In this document: one piece after another, positions 9,357-18,600 of the stretch
Position numbering within the stretch: the first letter of the stretch is position 1
Layout: the number at the start of each line of letters is the position of its first letter
Assembly: GCA_040902285.1 (NCBI GenBank)
Contig: JBBDXP010000012.1
Location: forward strand, 8,501-72,500
Length of the DNA: 64,000 nucleotides
Source: Candidatus Spechtbacterales bacterium
GTDB taxonomy: Bacteria > Patescibacteriota > Minisyncoccia > Spechtbacterales > 2-12-FULL-38-22
Direction of reading: 5' to 3'
Translations under genes and position numbers: made by a program
Notes under the pieces: model-generated
The model's database searches: none
What the model was told of the DNA's origin: nothing
The model's input: the letters and a program-made list of their open reading frames with translations, nothing else

Positions 9357-11501
9357 TTGGAAAATGTTGAATTTAGAATCGCCCCAGAAATAGAACCTTT
9401 TATTGATGTAGAATCGGGCAACCTAGATTTAATACGGGCTGGTGAAGAAAATACAATAATCTTGAGTGTTGCAATGCCGACTGATGCGCCGTTGAGAACT
9501 TTCGATGGCGTTATTCAGATCAATGCTACAGAAAAATTAAGTGCCATAGAAAAATTTATGGGAAGGGTGCTTACAAAAAAAATCGACAAACAAAAACATC
9601 TTGCCAAACCATTGCCCGTGGAAGTTGAGGTAATATCTGCACAGCCAACTCTGGGTTTATTCGAAGAATTTTTAATTGAACAATTTGGTACCCTGACACC
9701 CGAGGTTGATTTTGAGGGAGATGTCTACGAATCAATAGCAACCCCCGAAGATATTATCAGTGGTTTTTCTCAAGGCACCGAAGGCGCTTTTGTGCTTGGT
9801 ATAGGATCAATCAAGTTCCTGGGGCCGTTTGGTGCAAACGAGGAAGCTGTTCTTGGGTCGCATGATTTGTTAACAGAATTGGCAGATCAAGGAGTTATTG
9901 TGGACGATCTAATGGATGCTTTAAAAGATCATGACATGTATATTGAAGGTACGAAAGATGTCTCTGAGCTTCTAATAACCCCAGGCTTAAATGCCGTAAT
10001 ATTTTTCCCCAGAAAGGGTGCACAATTTTTCACCACAACTCCTTATGATGAGAACGGAGATGGTATCACGGATCATTATGTGGTGATACTTGATAATGAT
10101 ACCCATGTGTTGCACAGAGCACATCATGTCAATGCTTTTATAAATCGCAACTTTTTTGTCGGAAATATCTTAAATAATTCATCCAGGACACTTGTTCATG
10201 AACTTTTGCACGCAGTAATTTTTAGAACGAATTGCTTTGTGGGCACCAGAGATGATGAGGAAGTTTTTGTGGAAGATATGCTCAGCGTATTGGATGCTAA
10301 ATTGAGTACCAACACAACATTCTATAACGCACTATTGTCACAAACCCTATCGGATTTTCCTCAAGGGGAAGATTGTTTAGACAGGTTGGGTCTTGAACCA
10401 GTATCCCAACAATGGTCAACTCCCGAAACCGTATCGACAATAACAGGCTCCTTTCCCGACATAGACACAGACCAAAACAATATACCCCACGTTGTATGGT
10501 ATAATTCTACGCCCTCCAGCACTAATATATTTTACAGCAAACAAAACACAGACCGGTCATGGATATCTCCTCAGGACATATCGGGAGTCCTGCATGCCGC
10601 GGGCAACCCCCCGGAACTTACAATAGACATAACGCAAAGCGACAGCGGAAGCATACACGTTGCGTGGTCTGCGGTAGTAGAAGAAAACAACCAAGAAATA
10701 TTTTATTCCAGATACAATGGATCCAGCTGGTCAACTCCTCTGAATGTATCCAACACTTCGGTTAATTCCACCTGGCCCTCTATTACCCTCGACAGCGCCG
10801 GCAACCCTCATATTGTATGGGAGGAGTTCTATGTAAGCGTAACTCCAACAGAGATATATTATACGCAATTCAACGGCAGTTCATGGTCCACTCCTCAAAA
10901 CATATCCAATTCTTCTTCTTTATCCCTCTCTCCCATAATTGCAACGGATAACCAAAATAACCTGCATGCAATATGGTATGAACAGCCCAATCTTCTACGG
11001 GCGGAAGGCCTTTATTATACAAAAAATATCAGCGGGAACTGGGTCTCTCCCGTCAAGATTTTTGATACGCACGGCTCAGGAATTGTTCATCCAGACGCCC
11101 CATCAATTGTCATAGACAAAAATGACAATATTCATCTTGCGTGGACAGATAATATATCCGGCAACGGAGAGATATATTACAGCAAATACGCCAATTCCTC
11201 ATGGCAAGATTCTCAAAATATATCCAACAGCGCCGGTACTTCTTGGGCATCCACAATATCCGTTGATTCCAACGACAATCCCCATATTGCATGGAGTGAC
11301 GGGGTCATAGGGACCATTAATTACAATATAAAATATACAAACTATAATGGTACTCAATGGCAGGACATACAGATCATTTCAAATGTACCGGGCAGGTCTT
11401 TTCAGCCCGAGATGGCAATAGGCACAGACGATGTGGTGCATCTTGTGTGGTTTGATATTCAAAGCGGAACCTACATATTCTATAGCAGCAGAGAACCGTA
11501 A
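9357..11501 (+). CDS. Large probably secreted protein: N-terminal HExxH domain plus C-terminal about 7 repeats of about 45 aa (beta-propeller-like)
   Basis: HELLHAVIF motif. Repeats of the form …SWSTP(L/Q)NISNS…(D/N)NPHI(A/V)W…(E/I)(I/F)YY(S/T). The start is assigned to TTG by the ORF track. The true start is probably upstream (see the 9181 pseudogene entry). Confidence 0.6.
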   Translation: MENVEFRIAPEIEPFIDVESGNLDLIRAGEENTIILSVAMPTDAPLRTFDGVIQINATEKLSAIEKFMGRVLTKKIDKQKHLAKPLPVEVEVISAQPTLGLFEEFLIEQFGTLTPEVDFEGDVYESIATPEDIISGFSQGTEGAFVLGIGSIKFLGPFGANEEAVLGSHDLLTELADQGVIVDDLMDALKDHDMYIEGTKDVSELLITPGLNAVIFFPRKGAQFFTTTPYDENGDGITDHYVVILDNDTHVLHRAHHVNAFINRNFFVGNILNNSSRTLVHELLHAVIFRTNCFVGTRDDEEVFVEDMLSVLDAKLSTNTTFYNALLSQTLSDFPQGEDCLDRLGLEPVSQQWSTPETVSTITGSFPDIDTDQNNIPHVVWYNSTPSSTNIFYSKQNTDRSWISPQDISGVLHAAGNPPELTIDITQSDSGSIHVAWSAVVEENNQEIFYSRYNGSSWSTPLNVSNTSVNSTWPSITLDSAGNPHIVWEEFYVSVTPTEIYYTQFNGSSWSTPQNISNSSSLSLSPIIATDNQNNLHAIWYEQPNLLRAEGLYYTKNISGNWVSPVKIFDTHGSGIVHPDAPSIVIDKNDNIHLAWTDNISGNGEIYYSKYANSSWQDSQNISNSAGTSWASTISVDSNDNPHIAWSDGVIGTINYNIKYTNYNGTQWQDIQIISNVPGRSFQPEMAIGTDDVVHLVWFDIQSGTYIFYSSREP

Positions 11502-11516
11502 ATACTCAAACCCCGA

Positions 11517-11540
11517 ACACGCACATCGATGTGCGTGTTT
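11517..11540 (+). terminator. Perfect palindromic hairpin (aacacgcacatcgatgtgcgtgtt) after the 714-aa gene
   Basis: 11-bp perfect stem. Weak T tract (ttt). Confidence 0.45.
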
Positions 11541-12020
11541 AGAGTTTGAATCTGTGGTTTGCATGATATAATGTGTATGAGGGTTGTATGAATATAAATT
11601 TGGCCTAAAGTAGTTTTCAAAGGGAGTTCTATATTACACAGTTCCTTGGAACAGTGTTGCGGACACCCACTATAGCCCCCCACCGCACATATAAAATCGA
11701 CTTGACGGAGTGAATTTTGATGAATATTCGAGGCGCGAGGAGTGTGGCGATGCCAGAGCATCGCGAGCGACGAGCAACGAAGAAGATTTGCAAAATTCAC
11801 CCGCCCTTCGGGGAACAAAAGAATAAACCGTCTGCTTCTTCATTCCTCCTTGAAGTATATATCTATACTCCTTCGTCGTCATTCATCGCATCCGGTTCAT
11901 TCTTTTGTTCTCAAGGTCCATTTTATATATGCGGTGTGGGGCTCCAATTTTAACCAAATTTCTAACATACTCCCTCAAGATGCGTCCCCCGATAAGTCGG
12001 GGGACTTGTCTAAAGACGGT

Positions 12021-12725
12021 ATGTATAAAAAAGAAAATTTTTCCGTTGTGGCTCTTGGGGGCTCAATTATAATTTCAAGAAAAATACAAACGGGGTACTT
12101 GAGGCGGCTTAGGAATTTTACTCAAAAACGTATAGAGAGCGGAGAGAAATTTATTTTTGTGGTGGGAGGCGGCTCTGTGGCTAGGAATTACCAAAGGGCG
12201 GCTTTTTCAATCGTAAATATTTCTAATGAGGACAAAGATTGGCTCGGAATACATTCCACTCGCCTCAACGCACATCTTTTGCGGACGATATTTAATGGTA
12301 TGGCGTATCCGATCGTTTTGGATGATCCTGAAAAACCGATAACCCAGCGCGATCTTAAAAAATATTCGCTTTTTATAGCTTCCGGATGGCGTCCCGGATG
12401 GAGCACGGATTATATCGCTTTTCGCCTGGCTCATCGTTTTGGCGCGAAGCGGGTAGTGGTGGCCACAAAAATTTCTAATGTGTATGACGCCGATATACAA
12501 ACGCATAAAAATGCGCGGCCGTTGAAAAGGATCAGCTGGAAAAGATATTCCAAACTTTTGCCGTCTAAAATATGGTATCCGGGAATGGGAAGTCCCGTTG
12601 ATCCCGTGGCAACAGAGTTTGCCGCGAAGAAAAAAATTTCATGCGTTGTTTTACGCGGAACAAATTTAAAAAATCTGAATAGGTTTTTGGACGGCAAAAA
12701 ATTTGAAGGCACGGTAATCAACTGA
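12021..12725 (+). CDS. Amino-acid kinase family protein, UMP kinase (archaeal-type PyrH)-like
   Basis: FSVVALGGSIII, FIFVVGGGSVARNYQ and DWLGIHSTRLNAHLL. About 234 aa from ATG 12021. The ORF-track extension back to 11742 is rejected. Confidence 0.6.
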   Translation: MYKKENFSVVALGGSIIISRKIQTGYLRRLRNFTQKRIESGEKFIFVVGGGSVARNYQRAAFSIVNISNEDKDWLGIHSTRLNAHLLRTIFNGMAYPIVLDDPEKPITQRDLKKYSLFIASGWRPGWSTDYIAFRLAHRFGAKRVVVATKISNVYDADIQTHKNARPLKRISWKRYSKLLPSKIWYPGMGSPVDPVATEFAAKKKISCVVLRGTNLKNLNRFLDGKKFEGTVIN

Positions 12726-12788
12726 TTCTTATTTTATGCGTCGAATTGACGTATTGATAAATAATATGTATAAATCAATGATAAACAT

Positions 12789-12912
12789 ATGAATCCCGTT
12801 AGTAATAACCCTAACGGGTTCACTAAACCAAGTGCAACAAAGACAAGTAGTTAATTCGTTTAAATATACATAAATTAAAACTGCGCAAGCAGTAATTACT
12901 AACGGGATGAAT
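12789..12912 (+). mobile_element. Family-A MITE-like element, copy A2; abuts dapB start
   Basis: …catATGAAT|CCCGTTAGTAATAACCCTAACGGG…GCAGTAATTACTAACGGG|ATGAAT atcgcg. The ATGAAT direct repeat is present on both sides. Confidence 0.6.
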
Positions 12913-13641
12913 ATCGCGCTTATAGGATATGGTTCAATGGGCTCTGTTGTGCGGCGAGTGGCGGAAGAAAGAGGACATAAAATTGTCTCAATAATAGATC
13001 CCAAAGCTCCGGAAGCCGCAGCTTTAGTTCCGAATGCCGAGGCTTTGTCGGACGCCGATGTGGCGGTGGATTTTTCGGCGGGCGAGTCGGTTTTGGACAC
13101 CATAAGGATTTGCAAAGAATCAGGGGTTAATTTAGTTGTGGGTACAACGGGGTGGTATGACAAACTTCAGGAAGCAAAAAATTTAGCGGAAGGAATTGGC
13201 TTTCTTTGGTCCTCTAATTTTTCCATAGGAGTAAATATATATTTTAAAGTGGTGGAAGCGGCTGCCAAACAAATGGATAAATTTGATGAATACGATGTGT
13301 GGGGGCACGAGATACACCATTACAATAAAGCGGACAGCCCTTCGGGAACCGCTAAAACCTTGGAAAAAATATTGCTTGATAATATAGAAAGAAAAACCTC
13401 GGCCGTTGAAGATAAGCTGGACCGCAAACGCAAAGACGAAGAAATCCATTTTTCTTCTGTAAGAGGCGGGGCTGTAAACTTTGGCCACACAATAGGATTT
13501 GATTCGGCGGCCGATAGAATTCTAATTACGCATGAAGCAAGAAGCAGAGACGGTTTTGCCTTGGGTGCTGTAAAAGCGGCCGAATGGCTAAAAGGCAAAA
13601 AAGGTTTTTTTGAAATGCAAGATTTTTTAAATAATAATTAA
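12907..13641 (+). CDS. dapB: 4-hydroxy-tetrahydrodipicolinate reductase
   Basis: N-terminal Rossmann fold IALIGYGSMGS and signature EIHHYNKADSPSGTA (E-x-HH-x-x-K-x-D-x-PSGTA). Confidence 0.85.
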   Translation: MNIALIGYGSMGSVVRRVAEERGHKIVSIIDPKAPEAAALVPNAEALSDADVAVDFSAGESVLDTIRICKESGVNLVVGTTGWYDKLQEAKNLAEGIGFLWSSNFSIGVNIYFKVVEAAAKQMDKFDEYDVWGHEIHHYNKADSPSGTAKTLEKILLDNIERKTSAVEDKLDRKRKDEEIHFSSVRGGAVNFGHTIGFDSAADRILITHEARSRDGFALGAVKAAEWLKGKKGFFEMQDFLNNN

Positions 13642-13759
13642 CGCTCACTTCGTTCGCTATTCACGCAGATTTATACAGATTAAGCGGATTTATGCTGATA
13701 CTTTTTAAACGCTATCCGCATTTATCAGCCTAATCCGCATTATCCGCGTTTAAGCGAGG

Positions 13760-14665
13760 GTGAAGCCCGAGCAAAAAAATATGGAAAAAACAAAATACGC
13801 GGGAACATGGACGGCTATTGTTACTCCTTTTAACGAAGATGGCAGTTTGGATGAACAATCTTTCCGTAAATTAGTGCAAAGACAAATAGAAGGTGGTGTT
13901 ACAGGGATAGTACCCGTGGGTACCACAGGAGAATCTCCCACGCTTTCGCTTGCCGAAATGACCAGGTTGTACGAAATAACGGTTGAAGAGTCCAAAGGAA
14001 AAGTGCTGGTAATGGCCGGAACAGGAAGCAATTCCACAGAGCATGCGGTGGAATACACAAAAGCCGCCAAAGAAGCAGGTGCCGACGCTTGTTTGGTTGT
14101 AACGCCTTATTACAACAAGCCCACGCCCGCCGGACTAAAAGCGCACTTTGCCGCCATTGCCGATGTTGGCTTGCCCTTGTTCGTTTACAATATAAAGGGC
14201 AGAACGGCTCTGAACATAGAGACGGATTTGCTTATGGAGATGGCCGAACACCCCAATATAATCGGGGTTAAGGAAGCCAGCGGCGATATTAACCAGATAA
14301 AAGAGGTTATAGAAAAAAGACCCGAAGGATTTGTGGTTTTAAGCGGCGACGATGGCATGACACTGGATTTGATGAAGGCCGGCGGAGACGGAATAGTTTC
14401 CGTTGCAAGCAATATCGTTCCCGAAAAAGTTGTGCAGTTGGTTAAATATGGATTGAGCGGCCAAATGGACAAGGCGGAGGAGTTGAACGGAGAGCTAAGC
14501 GATATGTTTAAAAAAATATTTATAGAAACAAATCCCGTTCCCACAAAGTACTGCTTGTATAAAATGGGGCTTTGCAAGCTGGCGTATCGTTTGCCCATGT
14601 GCGAGCCAACAGACGCTTCAAAAGAAGTTTTGAATAAAATGATTTCTGATTACGGTCTTATCTAA
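13760..14665 (+). CDS. dapA: 4-hydroxy-tetrahydrodipicolinate synthase
   Basis: GTWTAIVTPFNEDGSLDEQSFRKLV…GIVPVGTTGESPTLS. Active-site Lys region VYNIKGRT. Probable start at ATG 13781. Confidence 0.85.
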   Translation: MKPEQKNMEKTKYAGTWTAIVTPFNEDGSLDEQSFRKLVQRQIEGGVTGIVPVGTTGESPTLSLAEMTRLYEITVEESKGKVLVMAGTGSNSTEHAVEYTKAAKEAGADACLVVTPYYNKPTPAGLKAHFAAIADVGLPLFVYNIKGRTALNIETDLLMEMAEHPNIIGVKEASGDINQIKEVIEKRPEGFVVLSGDDGMTLDLMKAGGDGIVSVASNIVPEKVVQLVKYGLSGQMDKAEELNGELSDMFKKIFIETNPVPTKYCLYKMGLCKLAYRLPMCEPTDASKEVLNKMISDYGLI

Positions 14666-14690
14666 GTCTAAACAAAAGGCGCGCAGGGTG

Positions 14691-14840
14691 TACGGATGTG
14701 CGAATATTATTTTTAACGACCGAGGTCTGGTTTTTCCAGCGAAAACCAGCCTCTCCCTCTCGGCTCGCGGCCGCGCTTGCGCGCGAACCAAGCCCGCTTC
14801 GCCTCCGAGAATCCTTAAAAACAATATTCGCACATCCGTA
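14691..14840. repeat. Family-B element copy B2: GC-rich core flanked by a 26-bp inverted repeat (tacggatgtgcgaatattatttttaa / ttaaaaacaatattcgcacatccgta)
   Basis: Inverted repeat with one mismatch. Core …gcgcgaaccaagcccgcttcgcctccgagaatcc is homologous to the B1 and B3 cores. Confidence 0.55.
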
Positions 14841-14882
14841 TCTATCAGAAATTTAGTAGTAACAAATTCAATTTTATAGGAC

Positions 14883-16115
14883 ATGAACCAAGATGTAATT
14901 TATTATCCTGAAAGTTCAATAAAAGAGGCGGTGGAGAAATTCGAAACCCCGTTCTTTATTTATGAAGAAAAACGGCTTCGCGAGAACGCAGGCAGGTTTA
15001 GGGATACATTCCGAAAATATTTTCCGTCTTTCCAGCCATTGTTTGCGGTAAAAGCAAACCCAAACCCCGATGTTTTAAAAATAATCGCTGATGAGGGGTT
15101 TTTATTTGACGCTTCAAGCGCGGGCGAGGTTTGGATTTCGCAAAAACTGGGAATTGCCGGCATGCACACGGGAAATTATCTTGGAGCCGATGAACTCAAA
15201 ATGGCAAAAGATGCCGGGTTTACAATAAACTTGGATGACGTTTCTCAACTGGACTTTTTGAAAGAAATAGGCGTACCCGAAAAACTTTCGTTCCGCATAA
15301 ACCCGGGCATGGGAAAAGGAGAATACGAAAGTTTGATAATGGCGGGTCCCGACGCAAAATACGGAATACCTTACGAAAAAGCTGCCGATGCCTACAAAAA
15401 AGCACAGGATATGGGAGCCAAGCATTTTGGCATACACATGATGACCGGAAGTAATGTGCTGGATGAAGGATATTTTCCCGCAATCGTGGGCAGGTTGCTT
15501 GATACTATAGCAAATATAAAGGAAAAAACAGGTATAGAAATAGAGTTTATGAACATAGGGGGAGGATTTGGAGTGCCTTACCGCCCTGAAGAAAAAAGTT
15601 TGGATTTAGAAAGAGTGGCATCGGGAATACGAGAGGCGGTTGATAAAAAATGCAATGATTTACAAATACGCGAGCCGGTTCTTATGGCCGAACCAGGCCG
15701 GTATGTTTGCGCTGATGCCGGTTGGCTTGTTGGCCGTGTGCAGGTTATAAAAGACAGCTACAAAAAATTTGTCGGCATAGACGCGGCAAGCAACGATATG
15801 CCGAGACCCTCAATTTACGGGGCGTACCATCATATTTCTGTTTTGGATGGAGGCGACAAACAAGAAGAATTGGTTTCGGTTGTGGGAACGATTTGCGAAA
15901 ATAATGATCAATTTGGAAAGGACAGAGAGCTGCCGGCATGCAAAAGGGGGGATATTGTAATAATCCATAATTGCGGAGGACACGCCAGGGCAATGGGCCA
16001 CAATTACAATGGAAAATTAAGACACGCTGAGTATTTAATAGAAAAAAACGGAAACCTAAAACAGATAAGGACATCGGAAACCGTAGAAGATCTGTACAGA
16101 GGAACAAATATATGA
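14883..16115 (+). CDS. lysA: PLP-dependent Orn/DAP/Arg decarboxylase family; diaminopimelate decarboxylase by context
   Basis: FAVKANPNPDVLKII (PLP-Lys motif), GGGFGVPY and EPGR. Sits between dapA and the DapL-like aminotransferase. Confidence 0.7.
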   Translation: MNQDVIYYPESSIKEAVEKFETPFFIYEEKRLRENAGRFRDTFRKYFPSFQPLFAVKANPNPDVLKIIADEGFLFDASSAGEVWISQKLGIAGMHTGNYLGADELKMAKDAGFTINLDDVSQLDFLKEIGVPEKLSFRINPGMGKGEYESLIMAGPDAKYGIPYEKAADAYKKAQDMGAKHFGIHMMTGSNVLDEGYFPAIVGRLLDTIANIKEKTGIEIEFMNIGGGFGVPYRPEEKSLDLERVASGIREAVDKKCNDLQIREPVLMAEPGRYVCADAGWLVGRVQVIKDSYKKFVGIDAASNDMPRPSIYGAYHHISVLDGGDKQEELVSVVGTICENNDQFGKDRELPACKRGDIVIIHNCGGHARAMGHNYNGKLRHAEYLIEKNGNLKQIRTSETVEDLYRGTNI

Positions 16116-16236
16116 ATCCCGTTAGTAGTTACCCTAACGGGTCATTCATTGAAATAATATTAAAATTAACAATAATTACCGCTGTAGCATTTTATTGCGA
16201 CAGGACTGCGCAGTAGTAACTACTAACGGGATGAAT
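16112..16236 (+). mobile_element. Family-A MITE-like element, copy A3; inserted at the lysA-stop/dapL-start ATGA overlap
   Basis: …atATGAAT|CCCGTTAGTAGTTAC…GTAACTACTAACGGG|ATGAAT atag. Perfect 15-bp TIR. Removing the element plus one ATGAAT copy restores a 4-nt ATGA stop/start overlap. Confidence 0.65.
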
Positions 16237-17406
16237 ATAGAACCATCCAAAAGATTAAAATCATTGCCCTCGTACGCGTTTGCCGATATCAGCAACAAAG
16301 TTGAAGAATTGCGCCAGAAGGGCGTTAAAATAATTGATTTTGGAGTGGGGGACCCTTCGGAGCCCGCTCCGGATTTTGTAATAGAAAGATTAAGCGAATT
16401 CGGGCGCAAGCATGCTTCAACCGGTTACCCCAGTTACATAGGCAGTAAGGATTTTAGGCAAGCTGCGGCAAATTATATGCAAAAAAGATTTGGTGTTGAA
16501 CTTGACCCCGAAAAAGAAATTTCTTCAAACATCGGCTCAAAAGAAGCGATATTCAATTTTCCCGAAGGATTTGTGAACCCCGGAGATATTGTTATTTGTC
16601 CCTCTCCTGGATATCCGCCCATGAAAACAGGAACAATTTTTGCAGAAGGCGAGCCTTATTATGTACCCTTGCTGGAGAAAAACGGATTTTTGGTTGATTA
16701 CGAATCCATTCCACAAGACATCGCGCAAAAGGCAAAGATAATTTGGATAAACTATCCAAATTCTCCAACCGGAGCTGTAGCTTCGCGGGAATATTACGAA
16801 GGATTATTGGATTGGGCGCACAAAAATAATATTATAGTAGCGGCTGACGAGGGTTGCTATATAGATATTTATTTTGATGAAAAACCATCTTCAATATTGG
16901 AAGTGGCGCGCGAAGGAGTGATTGCGTTTTATTCTTTATCAAAACGCAACAATATGACCGGTTACAGAGCTGGCTTTGTTTGTGGAGATGAAAATATAGT
17001 AAAAATTTTCAAAGACCTTAAAACCAATATAGATTCCGGCACGCCAAGCATTGTACAGGAAGCGGGAATAGCCGCGCTTGCCGATGATGAACATGCTGAA
17101 AAAATGCGCCGGATCTATCAAGAAAAACGCGATATCCTTCTGTCTGCTTTGCAGGAGGGAGGCTTTGAAACAGGGAACAGTGGAGCCACTTTTTACATAT
17201 GGCAAAAAGTAAAAGGCAGTGATATGGAATTTGCCAAAAAGCTTTTGGAAACAGAACCGGGTATAGTTGTTACGCCCGGAAGTTTGATATCGGATGAATG
17301 TGCTGGAGGAATAAATCCCGGATACGGATATGTGAGAATAGCTCTGATGCCGGCACTAGAAGAAGTAAAAGAAGCTGCCCAAAAATTTAAACGCTTGGCA
17401 CAATAA
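16231..17406 (+). CDS. Class I aminotransferase, LL-diaminopimelate aminotransferase (DapL)-like
   Basis: N-terminus SYAFADISNKVEELRQKGVKIIDFGVGDPSEP matches the DapL-type N-terminus. PLP-Lys region SLSKRNNMTGYRAGF. Start at ATG 16231 formed by the element terminus. Confidence 0.65.
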   Translation: MNIEPSKRLKSLPSYAFADISNKVEELRQKGVKIIDFGVGDPSEPAPDFVIERLSEFGRKHASTGYPSYIGSKDFRQAAANYMQKRFGVELDPEKEISSNIGSKEAIFNFPEGFVNPGDIVICPSPGYPPMKTGTIFAEGEPYYVPLLEKNGFLVDYESIPQDIAQKAKIIWINYPNSPTGAVASREYYEGLLDWAHKNNIIVAADEGCYIDIYFDEKPSSILEVAREGVIAFYSLSKRNNMTGYRAGFVCGDENIVKIFKDLKTNIDSGTPSIVQEAGIAALADDEHAEKMRRIYQEKRDILLSALQEGGFETGNSGATFYIWQKVKGSDMEFAKKLLETEPGIVVTPGSLISDECAGGINPGYGYVRIALMPALEEVKEAAQKFKRLAQ

Positions 17407-17410
17407 AATA

Positions 17411-17436
17411 ATACACCCCCGAAAGAGGGGTGTATT
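17411..17436. terminator. Bidirectional terminator hairpin (atacacccccgaaagaggggtgtat) between convergent genes
   Basis: 9-bp GC stem with A- and T-runs on both sides. Confidence 0.6.
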
Positions 17437-18140
17437 TATTTAAGGTGCAATTTTATTCTCAAAAATACCGTCAGGGGGTAGCTGTTTTTATATTCAAATC
17501 CGTTAAATACGTTGTTCTTTAAAAATCTGTATCTGGCCGTTGCATGCTTTTTCAGGTATTCAGGGTACATTATGTACATAAAGAAGGATTCGGCAAAATC
17601 TTCAAGGGCGTTAGTTTTGGCGTAAGCGGTGGGGAAAGACCGGTTTTGGCGCAATCCCTGGAACATAGCACGTCCTGGCGCCAATCGGTGGTCAATCGCG
17701 TGGCCCAGTTCATGCAGGGTAACCGCGATAACATTTGTGGGGTCTTTAAATTTCTGTGTACCTATGTAAATGGCGAAGCTTCTATAATAAAAACATCCCA
17801 AAAAGTTTTCTTCTCTGCATGTGTTTCCGGTGTTAAAGCTTATCAGAAGACCGTCTAATTTTTGTATGAGGTCCGGAGGCAAAAGTTCTAAAGATGTCTG
17901 CAAAAGGGCTATCCATTCTTTTTTGTCTTCGTAAGACAATTGATAATCAAAAGTTACGGTTATTCCGTGTAGCAGATATAATCTCTCATTTGAGCCTACC
18001 CATTGGCCGGCCGGGTTGCTTCTTGCGCTCGCAAGCGGATCAAATTCGCCCGGAGTGTTAACATCACTTTTTACCAAAATCAGCGCCAGAAGCAAGGATG
18101 CCGATATGAGCAGTATTAAAATACGTCTCATTATTGACAA
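17436..18140 (-). CDS. Secreted zincin metallopeptidase, anthrax-lethal-factor-like (ATLF-like) domain
   Basis: Signal peptide MSIMRRILILLISASLLLALILV. HELGHAIDH plus downstream EDFAESFF (third zinc ligand pattern of ATLF-like domains). Confidence 0.55.
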   Translation of the reverse strand: MSIMRRILILLISASLLLALILVKSDVNTPGEFDPLASARSNPAGQWVGSNERLYLLHGITVTFDYQLSYEDKKEWIALLQTSLELLPPDLIQKLDGLLISFNTGNTCREENFLGCFYYRSFAIYIGTQKFKDPTNVIAVTLHELGHAIDHRLAPGRAMFQGLRQNRSFPTAYAKTNALEDFAESFFMYIMYPEYLKKHATARYRFLKNNVFNGFEYKNSYPLTVFLRIKLHLK

Positions 18141-18270
18141 GGTCTTCCTCCCTTCCTTTTTATTTTAAAGTTCTGAAGTTATCCTATCACATTACTACCG
18201 TTTAGCAATAAAAATCTTGACCAAATTACCGCTATGATTTATAATATGCCAAGAAAAAGAGGATAGAAAA

Positions 18271-18600
18271 TTGAGGGACTGGGTAAGCTCGTTTATAACA
18301 ATATTTATAGAGCACATATTTCCCAGATGGATGCTGAAACATCCCTGGGATTATTTTTTGCATTTTTCGGTAAGTTTTATAGGATTTTTTATATTCTATA
18401 TTGCGGCGCGCAAAATATTTTCCTTACCCCCAGTTACAGCGGCAGTAGCTGCCGTGGGAGCCATTTTTCTTTTAGGCCTGTTTAAGGAGTTTTACATAGA
18501 TGTGTATGTGGGAAAAACGGATATGGTTTACGACATAGTGGCCAATACAATCGGAATATTGGTTGCTCTTCTGGTGAAAACAAAACTTCTGGACGCTTGA
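18271..18600 (+). CDS. VanZ-like small membrane protein
   Basis: 109 aa, three TM segments, C-terminal DIVANTIGILVALLV typical of the VanZ family. Confidence 0.45.
   Translation: MRDWVSSFITIFIEHIFPRWMLKHPWDYFLHFSVSFIGFFIFYIAARKIFSLPPVTAAVAAVGAIFLLGLFKEFYIDVYVGKTDMVYDIVANTIGILVALLVKTKLLDA

Noticed and set aside
11742-12020. N-terminal 93-aa extension of the pyrH-like ORF given by the ORF track
   Set aside because: The extension is basic and low-complexity with no similarity to kinase N-termini. The ATG at 12021 gives a canonical amino-acid-kinase N-terminus (VVALGGS). The region is better explained as structured non-coding DNA.
12729-13163. 144-aa minus-strand ORF spanning the A2 element and the dapB start
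   Set aside because: It overlaps the well-supported dapB and a repeat element. It has no motifs.
14618-14884. ORFs (88 aa minus, 63 aa plus) across the B2 element
   Set aside because: They are GC-rich repeat-derived frames. The same core occurs non-coding at two other loci.
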